From positions 1 to 17,214 of the forward strand of contig CBFFRP010000567.1 in NCBI GenBank assembly GCA_965644295.1: DNA of 17,214 nucleotides. Direction: 5' to 3'. The number at the start of each line of letters is the position of its first letter. Within the stretch, counting starts at the first letter, position 1. Both the position numbers and the translations under genes were made by a program. The notes below the pieces were generated by a model. The model was not told where the DNA came from and searched no databases. It saw nothing but the letters and a program-made list of their open reading frames with translations. Shown piece by piece: positions 8,999-17,184 of this stretch. Source of the stretch: Paraphysomonas bandaiensis. Its lineage: Eukaryota; Protista; Chrysophyceae.

Positions 8999-9658
8999 AT
9001 ATCTTTTATTTCCACAAGTATGGAATAGTGCTGGTTTTGTTCCACAGGTAGAACAGCCTCACAATCAGAGCTATGTCTCTGCTGCCCTACTATTATAGAG
9101 GCATCGATTATCTTAATCTGCATTGCGCACTTTCATGCGATATATGCAATTATCAGTTCAGCGTTTGTATTTTACCTGGTCCTATAGTCCAGTGATTTAA
9201 TATGTTTTATCTGTTCTTTCATTGTTGTCATGTAGACACTCAACAGAAAGCATTTCCATATTAAGCTGTTCATGATTTTCAAACATTTCAAGGTGACAGG
9301 TATACTATACTATATTGATTATAATCATTTCGATTCACCTGTTGTGCATTGTTATGCATTATCAAGTAAGTATCATATACTTATGAGTATTTATTTACAT
9401 TTTTCAATTCATATTAGCTATAATATATATGATGCTATGATATTCTATATTTGGTTTGTTTAACCATGTCAGGCAATATTACAAGCATATATAGTTGATT
9501 CAATTCTTCGTCTACTCCATATGAACCTCGTATGTTGTCATAGCGTGGATTGATTTGCTTTGAAGTTTGCTTTGTTGTCTTCAGACCACTGATGGTTCTA
9601 TTATGAGCGTTGTGTTCATATCAATATATATTATATTATGTCATTATATATATATTAT

Positions 9659-9841
9659 AGTTGAACTATAAGGTATAGACTTGGTGTAAAGAGAATAATG
9701 ATTAGAGATTACACATGTAACATGTCGATACATTGTACTAAGTGTGTGGATATGCATGCATGTGGTGTAATGTCCATTCATTCAATATACGTCGTACGTA
9801 TGCAATAGGGAAACTACGGAAGCGAAGTTTATACTTCAACT
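9659..9841 (-). repeat. Putative 3' LTR of Copia-C (183 bp)
   Basis: Starts AGTTGAAGTAT right after the PPT and ends TTCAACT; no second copy in the window, so the far end is inferred from the inverted repeat. Confidence 0.75.
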
Positions 9842-9928
9842 CTCCCCCTTAAACTAAGCGTACGTTCTGAATGATATGGAAATGCATGTCTATACTTAAT
9901 ACACTAGAATATCACAGCACACAAGCAT

Positions 9929-10993
9929 TTAAGTAGAGCAACCAAAAAGAATTGACCTGAAATGTCTGAATTCTGTCTTGCGAAGGGGCTTAGTCATAAC
10001 ATCGGCAACATTGTTGGCAGAATCAACATACACGAAACGAACGATATTGTTTTGAACGAGTTGTCGAATGAAATGATGACGAATTTCAATGTGTTTAGAC
10101 CGCTTGTGAAACACTGGGTTAACCGATAGATTAATAGCAGATGTGTTGTCGACTTTGATTTCCAGGGTATCGGGCTGAACGGGTTTTGCAGGTGAGCGCG
10201 GGAAAGTCAACTCTGCACAGACTGTGTTATGTGAAATACCTTCCTTGGATGTATCACCCATAGAATAATACTCAGAATCCATTGTTGACAGGGCTAGAGA
10301 TTGTTGGAGTTTGGAAAACCATGCAATACAAGCACCAGCTAGGAGAAATGCAGCGCCAGACTGAGAACGTCGAGTATCTACATCATAATTTGCCCAATTG
10401 GCGTCAGAAAAAGCCTGTAGCGTAGGTGGATTGTTGGATTGGCGCCTATAGGTCAGCTGAAGATCCGCCGAACCTTTCAAGTATTTCAATATCTGTACCA
10501 CAGCATTCCAGTGTTCCCTGCCGGGGTTAGACAGAAAACGTGCACAACATCCAACGGCAAAAGCAATATCAGGGCGAGTGCACACCATAACATACATTAA
10601 TTTTCCAACCACTGTGCGATAAGGGATATTCCCCATATAGATTTTCTCCTCGTCCGTGCTTGGAGACATCGAGGCAGATAATTTAACATGGTTGGCCATA
10701 GGCACTGGAGATGTTGAGTTGATCGGGTGGATCGGGTCCACATATTCGATTAAGTCTTCGATGTATTGACACTGAGAGAGTTGGACTGTGTGTCGATCCT
10801 TCGATGTGTGAATACGGATCCCAAGAAACCACTCGAGGGGACCTAAATCGTTAGTACGAAATTTTTGGTGTAGTAACACGCAAAATTTATTCAATAGGCT
10901 AATGCTGGATGCAGCAATGGCAATATCATCAACATATACGCATATAATGACGAATCCATCATCAGATTGGTGATAAAATACACACGTATCTGC
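9929..10993 (-). pseudogene. Copia pol fragment (RT from ADTCVFY...YVDD through RNase H)
   Basis: The frame of ORF 9929..10894 stays open upstream as ADTCVFYHQSDDGFVIICVYVDDIAIAASS; shares ANWANYD.DTRRS and STMDSEYY with Copia-A; homology stops at about 10993. Confidence 0.92.
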
Positions 10994-13905
10994 AAGGACG
11001 AGAATCGCCGAAGCGTTCTCTCCTCAAGATAGCGGGAGGTTTCTCCTGATGTGCTGTGTCGTCCTTCGTTTGAAAGAAAGCGTTGATCTTTTCTCTCATT
11101 TCGACAGCAGTATCTTGGAGACATTTGCGTAGTTTCAGTTTTCTCTTGAGGATCATCAGACTTCTTGGGTAAGGTCTTCCTCCCTGGCTTTCCACGCTCA
11201 CCCTCAGTAGGTGTATGCATGATAGAATAGTGGTTGGGTTTGAGCCTTCTATTGGTCCTTTTGCAGGATTTTCAGCAACAGCCTGTGCACTTGTACTTGG
11301 TATTAGCCCCGCAGGTTAATGACGTGCGAGATTGAATCACAAGTGACAAGGACACACCTCTGTGTAATAATAATTACACAGCTTTGTCGCAACTTTCAAG
11401 CACTTGCTAAAGCCCTGCTTGCTAACGTGCGAGCGAAGCAATAGGTCGCTATCAGTTACTAGACTTCGTTGCCTATCCCCTGACAATGACTAATATTGGG
11501 TTTTGCCCTATATTCGAGTATCGAATATGAGGAGACAGAAAAGTCTAGCTCAGTATTCTAAGTGAAAAATCAAACAATATAATTTAATTACAGGGGTGTA
11601 GTATGAGTGCAAAAGACAGTGTGAAATGTTTGTCTATTGACTACAGTAACACAATAACAAAATGCAAAATATTTTGCACGAGCAATTAAGTAATTAATTA
11701 CTATGATGCAGCCTCGTTTGACAACTCAACTGTCACCTCACAGTTTGGTTTGATAACCAAGACTATGGCTCGTGATAACGCTAACTACTATCACTGTATA
11801 GGAATCAAGACAATGAGACCAAAGAAGTGATATTATTACAGGTAAACTTATGTTTCAATCAACTATACTCGAGTGACTGACTCCCGCGAAGAATCAGCAC
11901 GCAAACACCACCGCTAGTGATGTCAGGTCGCTAGTACCCAAGTATGGTTAACATAAACAAAACTGAGTCACAACAGAAACATAAAGTATGAAGACAACCG
12001 TAGAGCTGCACACACACAACGTCATCCATGTCACACTGTGTTGCAACACACAACCACAACGCAGGCTGTGTCATACAAGCAGTATAACAATATACAGTCA
12101 TGTCAACGACTCTATCAAATACGGTTGTACAACACTGTATAATGTATATCGTGTTGCATTCCTCATAACTACAATTGTACTTGGAAAGTACTAGCTAACG
12201 TACACTTTCATAACATAACAACAATCTTGCAGCAACATACCACCTGCACGTCCTTAAGCTCAGAGTGTATGTCTAAGGCGAAGAGATCCAAGAAAAGACG
12301 TGGTAAAGCCTCTCTGCAACGGTATGAGGAGTCTCGGAGAAAGGCTATCCGAGAATATGCTGCAGAGCGCCGTGCACATGATATTGCAGCACGATGTCCC
12401 CAAGGTGTCTTAGACAAGTCTGGTAAGCTCTGCAAAGTAGTTCCTTATCTCTACAGTTCTTCCGCAGAATGTGTACCCGAGGTTTGTTCCACCGTATTGG
12501 ACTTCTACCACCAGTGTGGGACAGAGAACCCTTATGTCGGTGTGTCCAATGGGCCTAATGTGGTCTACTCCAGTGCCTGCTCGCAATTTGCTTCATGCCC
12601 CACCTAATCACGGCCGGTACGTAAACACTCTGTATGATTCTGACCTCGCTGCCGGTATGGATTACAACTGTGAGTTTTGCGTTGATGAGTCTGGGTTGGA
12701 TGTGGTCTGGGTGAAGACTCTGAGACCGAGATATCCGAAGGTGAGGAGCTGATTGCTGACTATGGTGAGTGGTATCACCGCAAGAGTAAGCTACGCCTTA
12801 AGTGAGTAGTCATTTCTCCTTTTGTTGTAACTAATAATTGTTGTTATCTCTGAGTGTTTTCTTGGTAGTTAGTCTATCTAGTGTCTTGTAGCCCCTTAGG
12901 TGAACACTATAGCCACGTAAGTAGGGCACGCGAGATGCCACGTGGTCACAGTGGTGCATATATCCATTTCCAATTAATGGTGACTAAGGGTTGCCATAGA
13001 CCGCCTCTGTCTGGAAGAAGGACCTATATATCACCTGTCATGACTGTACGTACTGATTACATGATTTTACGGTACCTTCCATTTGATCATCACACTGTGT
13101 GGACCCTCGTACTGATGCTGAACAGTCAATATACTATATCGCCTCGTACTCTATATCGGCAATTGAAGAAGCAGTGGTCTTTAGCGAGTACAATGGTAAT
13201 GCATCTCTGGACATATTGTTCAATTTTCATGATAATCTGCTCGCTTACAAGTATGTTCGGTATGTGTGCTGCAATCACATTAAGATGGCAGTTAGGAGCG
13301 AGCTGCATCTCCTCTCAGCAACCGCACTGTATACCGTATACACTGTATATGATGTATTTGCAGTATTCCTCTATCGTATGTATGCGTCTATATCACTCGT
13401 AGGTATACGGCGTCAGTATACTGTACCCTACACTGTATAAATACAGGAAGCGAATACTGAACCAATGCTTTCCCTATTCTCAATGCTGATTGGTCGAGTG
13501 CCCATTATCGTTTAGATGAGCAGCAGTTGAGAGTGTATACGGCAGAGTCCATACATTAATGTGTAGAGTATGAAGAAGAAGAATTCTCCAAGAACATTCA
13601 TAAATATCGTCACTCCTTCGCAGAAAATTTGGATTTAGTCACTGTGTGGCTGTCAACGCTCAAGCGCATCGTCATTCTTTTTAGTTAAGCTTGTTCTCTC
13701 TTTGTTGGTTGTTGTAGCTCGTCACTTTTCTGTTTAGTACTGAACTGCATAGCTGGTGAGTTGTGCTTTAGTTTCTTGGGGTGCCGAGAAGCATTTAGTA
13801 CTGCAGAAGTAGTATAGGTTAATAATAAGCAACATTCTCTCTCTTAAAGCGAGTTTTAGCTTATTTAGAGTTTGGCTCTCAGGTCCCAACCTGAGTTCCA
13901 TTGCA
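10991..13905. mobile_element. Unclassified inserted segment (possible long LTR or TE fragment) carrying a SET pseudogene
   Basis: Higher GC than the viral flank; interrupts RT on the left and a viral ORF on the right; begins TGCAAGGAC and ends GTTCCATTGCA (imperfect inverted repeat, TG...CA); no matching TSD. Confidence 0.4.
12269..12805 (+). pseudogene. SET-domain lysine methyltransferase-like gene with at least two frameshifts
   Basis: Basic N-terminus MSKAKRSKKRRGK; second frame NHGRYVNT...YNCEF...VVWVKTLRP; third frame from 12731 ISEGEELIADYGEWYHRKSKLRLK*, matching the SET C-terminal signature GEELxxDYG. Confidence 0.78.
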
Positions 13906-14212
13906 GTTCTTAGAAAACTTGAAGGAAACTTTAAAGCCTCTTGATCCTAGAAGTAATAAATATGATAGTGAATTATTAGTGGCTGTCTTAGATATTGCTG
14001 AATATTTTTTTATATATGGTGATAAAGAACAAAGGAACACTATGAAAATGGAAGCTGTTGTTGAAATAATGAAACCATATTTTAACAATGATGAAACATA
14101 TTTATTACATAGTATCAATAATGTAATGTATAAAGTTAAAAGAAGTAACATATTCAGAAGATTAGCAACAAGACTTAGAATTTTTTTTTCAATGACGATG
14201 AAAGCTTCTTAA
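13906..14212 (+). CDS. 5'-truncated hypothetical viral protein with a basic amphipathic C-terminus; possible -1 frameshift extension to 14298
   Basis: Open frame in AT-rich DNA, no ATG at the 5' end (track start is a TTG at the junction); ends SNIFRRLATRLRIFFSMTMKAS. Confidence 0.65.
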
Positions 14213-14343
14213 AGGCTCTCATTAAATCGTTGATTGTTGAGATTCTAGTTAAAGTTATTATTCAAAGAATATTCCCAATTTTATTAATCGCATTATAAAA
14301 CTATTTCATTTTATTATATATGTGTAATATATATAGTATTGAT

Positions 14344-15027
14344 ATGTCAAAATGGATACAACACGTAAAAGATTACAGTGAACAAAATAATATGAAGTAT
14401 AATGAAGCCTTATCAGACCCTGTGTGCAGAGCATTATATTATGAAATGAAAGGTGGTGCTTTAACAGCAGATGAAACAAGAAAATTATTAAAGTCTTCAT
14501 ATAATAAAAAAAACAAAGATGTAGGTAATTTTAAAGTTGATAAGCATTTATCTGGAAATAGAACAAAAGTTTATTATGATGAAGAAAATAATATGCCCGT
14601 TGTTGTTCATCGTGGAACAAACTCTAAACAAGATGTATTAACTGATGCAGGCTTATTATTTGGACATAGAGGAAATAGATTTAAACATGCTAAAAAAATA
14701 CAAAAGAAAGCAGAAAAGAAATATGGAACTGAAAACATGCACACATTAGGGCATTCTTTAGGTGGACTCGTTGCAGAAGAAGTAGGGAAGAATTCAAAAA
14801 ACGTTATTACATTTAATAAGGCAATATCTCCTTTAGAAATGACAAGAAGAACTAATGACAATCAAATAGATATTAAAACACATAATGACCCTATATCATC
14901 TTTGAATCATTTCAATTCCAATGATAATAAAACACATGTATTCAATTCAAGAACTAATAATCTTTTGAAGTCTCATAATACAGATGAATTGAAATACTTA
15001 AAACCTGGTAAAAAATTCGGGAAATAA
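14344..15027 (+). CDS. Alpha/beta-hydrolase (class 3 lipase-like) with a short N-terminal helical domain
   Basis: VVVHRGT, nucleophile elbow GHSLGG, TFN, DPIS (Asp) and SH (His); ATG 14344 follows a TATATA tract. Confidence 0.88.
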   Translation: MSKWIQHVKDYSEQNNMKYNEALSDPVCRALYYEMKGGALTADETRKLLKSSYNKKNKDVGNFKVDKHLSGNRTKVYYDEENNMPVVVHRGTNSKQDVLTDAGLLFGHRGNRFKHAKKIQKKAEKKYGTENMHTLGHSLGGLVAEEVGKNSKNVITFNKAISPLEMTRRTNDNQIDIKTHNDPISSLNHFNSNDNKTHVFNSRTNNLLKSHNTDELKYLKPGKKFGK

Positions 15028-15062
15028 ATATATAAAACAATTTCTAAATCTATTATATACAG

Positions 15063-15386
15063 ATGAGCGATTTTGTTATTTGTTTAAAAAATGAACTCTT
15101 CGCAATACCAAAGACAAAGAAACCTCAAGTTCAAACTGAAATATCAAACATAGTAAAACAAATTGAAGGATATAAAGCCTTAATCAAAGATTTAGAAATA
15201 CAGAAACGAAAAAAACAAGTTGAACTTCTCAGTGAAAGACAACAAATATATTATAAGAATCCTATTAATAGAAACTTACCAAGTGAACAACTTGAAAAAA
15301 CTAAAGCTTATGAGAAAAGACAAAAGCTATTAAAAGAATATGATGATTCACACGGTTCTTATATTAAACCTGAACAAGGCTATTAA
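15063..15386 (+). CDS. Hypothetical basic coiled-coil protein
   Basis: 107-codon ORF in AT-rich DNA, tightly packed after the lipase, preceded by TTATATA. Confidence 0.7.
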   Translation: MSDFVICLKNELFAIPKTKKPQVQTEISNIVKQIEGYKALIKDLEIQKRKKQVELLSERQQIYYKNPINRNLPSEQLEKTKAYEKRQKLLKEYDDSHGSYIKPEQGY

Positions 15387-15401
15387 TTTTTAAAACGTTA
15401 C

Positions 15402-15417
15402 ATATACATATGTATAT
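15402..15417. terminator. 16-bp perfect palindrome between convergent genes (candidate 3'-end signal)
   Basis: ATATACATATGTATAT lies between stops at 15386 (+) and 15450 (-). Confidence 0.4.
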
Positions 15418-15449
15418 ATAATACTAACTAACTATAATGACAACAAAAT

Positions 15450-15617
15450 TTATAAATTATACACTTTCTTATATTTCTCCATATTAATAATCATTGACTT
15501 CATCTCTTCAATCTCTTTATAACATTTCTTATGATATTCTCTTGAATTCCAATCATTGTTTATTCTTTTTATAGTTTTATCACAATGTTTGCACTTTCTT
15601 TTAATTTCTCTAGGCAT
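15450..15617 (-). CDS. Small Zn-finger protein (CxxC...HxxC), 55 aa, below the ORF-track cut-off
   Basis: Hand translation MPREIKRKCKHCDKTIKRINNDWNSREYHKKCYKEIEEMKSMIINMEKYKKVYNL*; TATATA tract immediately upstream. Confidence 0.78.
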   Translation of the reverse strand: MPREIKRKCKHCDKTIKRINNDWNSREYHKKCYKEIEEMKSMIINMEKYKKVYNL

Positions 15618-15660
15618 GATATATAATATATATATAATATTTTTTAAATTGTTTTATATA

Positions 15661-15742
15661 TTTTTGAAAAAATATTTTGAATAGAATAAATATTTTTGAT
15701 AAATTATTTTGAAAAAATATTTTGAATAGAATAAATTATTTT
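15661..15742 (-). repeat. Inverted copy of the 7385-7546 AT-rich array
   Basis: TTTTGAAAAAATATTTTGAATAGAATAAA x2 is the reverse complement of the 7385-7546 units; starts right after the stop codon of the fibre-like gene. Confidence 0.88.
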
Positions 15743-17052
15743 TAATAATATGAACCTATATTTGATATTACTTTCGTTGGTGATGTTCCTGAATTAGTAT
15801 ATATTATTGTTATTGTTTGTAATATTGCTCCTGATGTTGTCACGTTACTGATATCCACATTTGCGAGTCCTCCTGACACATTCAACGTTTCTGAAACTGT
15901 ATTAACTTTTAAAGTGTTTATATATGCCTTATATGTTGATGTGTCTATTATAACTGACACTGTGAAAGAAGTATTTGTTAAGTTACTTGAATTAATATTC
16001 GTTATATCAAGTTCAAAATTTGTATCACTTGTTAAACCATTGAAATATATAATTGAACCATTGCTATAATTATATGTCAACACATTTGAAGAAAACGTAT
16101 ATGTTGTGCTGATGGATTCGCTTATTTGTTTAGTTGTTATATTTCCTGTCATTGTTCCGCCTGTTAAATTCAATTTTGTATTTTCAAGTGTTATAATATT
16201 AGCGTCTATTGTACTTATTAAGTTTTCAACCGTTTCATTAAATATCGAGTCATAAACTAATCCAGAATCCAACATGTTATTTACATCTATTATATCGTGT
16301 TTGGTATCTATATTATTTTGAAGTGTAACATCTTGAGATTGCAAGTTTGTTATGTCTGTATCGTTATTAGTGATCTGAGTTTGTAAGCTTGTTATATCTG
16401 TATCATTATTAGTAATCTGAGTTTGTAAGCTTGTTATATCAGTGTCATTATTAGTAATCTGAGTTTGTAAGCTTGTTATATCTGTATCATTACTTGCTAT
16501 TTGAGCATTCAGGTTAGAAATTATATTATCAACCGTTTCATTAAATGTATAGTTATAAACTAAAGAAGAATCCAACATATTATTCACGTCAATAATATCA
16601 TGTTTAGCATTTATATTGTTCTGTAATGTTATATCTTGGGCTTCTAAATTTGCAACATCCGCTTGTAAATTAGGTATATTAATTAAGTCTATATCTTGAA
16701 GAGCATCAAGACCGTTAAAACTTGCTGTCAATGTATCTAATTGTGATTGTATAGTTTCATTGGTATTTATACCGTCTAATGTTTGTATTTCATTTCCAGT
16801 GAGGTTTAATAATCTTGTATTCATATCTGACAACATATTATTTTTTGAATCTGTGAAAGCAACTGTTTGGGGTTCATTGTTTATGGTTAAGTTATTACCA
16901 TTCAAGATTTCAACGTTCGCTGTAAATTTAGCATTGTCCAATCTTGCATATTCCGCCATATTTAATATTACTCTTGCTGTTTCAATCTGTTTATGATTTT
17001 CTGCATTGAAAATGGCATTATTGCTTGTTTTCGGCTTTGTATAAATTGACAT
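15742..17052 (-). CDS. Fibre/spike-like virion protein (coiled-coil stalk plus beta-rich C-terminal domain)
   Basis: 436 aa, rich in N/T/I/S; tandem 14-aa units NDTDITSLQTQITN; duplicated block of about 43 aa (QD.TLQNNI..KHDIIDVNNMLDS.LVY...FNETV); KLNLTGGTMTG motif common in viral fibre proteins. Confidence 0.75.
   Translation of the reverse strand: MSIYTKPKTSNNAIFNAENHKQIETARVILNMAEYARLDNAKFTANVEILNGNNLTINNEPQTVAFTDSKNNMLSDMNTRLLNLTGNEIQTLDGINTNETIQSQLDTLTASFNGLDALQDIDLINIPNLQADVANLEAQDITLQNNINAKHDIIDVNNMLDSSLVYNYTFNETVDNIISNLNAQIASNDTDITSLQTQITNNDTDITSLQTQITNNDTDITSLQTQITNNDTDITNLQSQDVTLQNNIDTKHDIIDVNNMLDSGLVYDSIFNETVENLISTIDANIITLENTKLNLTGGTMTGNITTKQISESISTTYTFSSNVLTYNYSNGSIIYFNGLTSDTNFELDITNINSSNLTNTSFTVSVIIDTSTYKAYINTLKVNTVSETLNVSGGLANVDISNVTTSGAILQTITIIYTNSGTSPTKVISNIGSYY
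16347..16492 (-). repeat. 42-bp tandem coding repeat (about 3.5 units)
   Basis: TTAGTAATCTGAGTTTGTAAGCTTGTTATATC recurs every 42 bp with mostly synonymous differences. Confidence 0.92.
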
Positions 17053-17092
17053 CTATATATATAATATAACAACATTATTATATTCTATAATT

Positions 17093-17184
17093 AAATTGAG
17101 GGTTTTTAAAAAAATTGGGGGTTTTATTTCTAAAATTAAGGGTTTTTATATAAATCAAGGTTTTTATATAAAAATTGGGATTGG
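17093..17184 (+). repeat. About 20-bp-period repeats AAATT(A/G)(A/G)GGGTTTT
   Basis: Units at about 17093, 17112, 17133, 17152 and 17172. Confidence 0.8.

Larger units (their letters stand above)
7547..9658 (+). mobile_element. Non-coding (non-autonomous or decayed) relative of Copia-A (Copia-B); 3' part missing
   Basis: LTR 7547-7826 is homologous to the Copia-A LTR (first 23 nt identical); PBS TGGTAGCGGAT at 7827; no long ORF; shares the GCCCC...GGCAGGC array and short patches similar to the Copia-A interior; ends at the Copia-C LTR. Confidence 0.85.
9659..10993 (-). mobile_element. 5'-truncated Copia element (Copia-C), same lineage as Copia-A but a different family
   Basis: RT C-terminus plus RNase H ORF; PPT AAGGGGGAG (9850-9842); putative 3' LTR 9841-9659 with a 7-bp terminal inverted repeat AGTTGAA/TTCAACT. 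Confidence 0.9.

Noticed and set aside
10962-11315. Minus-strand open frames upstream of the Copia-C RT as its gag or a fused gene
   Set aside because: Out of frame with RT (TGA near 11025), no recognisable motif; function cannot be supported
11592-11605. AGGGG|TGTAGT as PPT plus LTR start
   Set aside because: The purine run is only 5 nt and no second LTR copy or pol gene supports it
12881-13440. ORFs of 173 and 113 aa
   Set aside because: GTG starts, no domain motifs, and the 3' part is built of CACTGTATA/GTATAC repeats; a decayed gene cannot be excluded
13878-13912. Helitron 3' end suggested by the terminal hairpin
   Set aside because: No CTRR terminus at the expected distance and no Rep/helicase sequence
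15043-15052. TCTA motifs like the CroV/mavirus late promoter
   Set aside because: Seen before only one of the four intact genes; expected by chance in AT-rich DNA
17093-17184. Telomeric repeat
   Set aside because: G-runs are separated by about 20 bp rather than forming contiguous TTAGGG-type units
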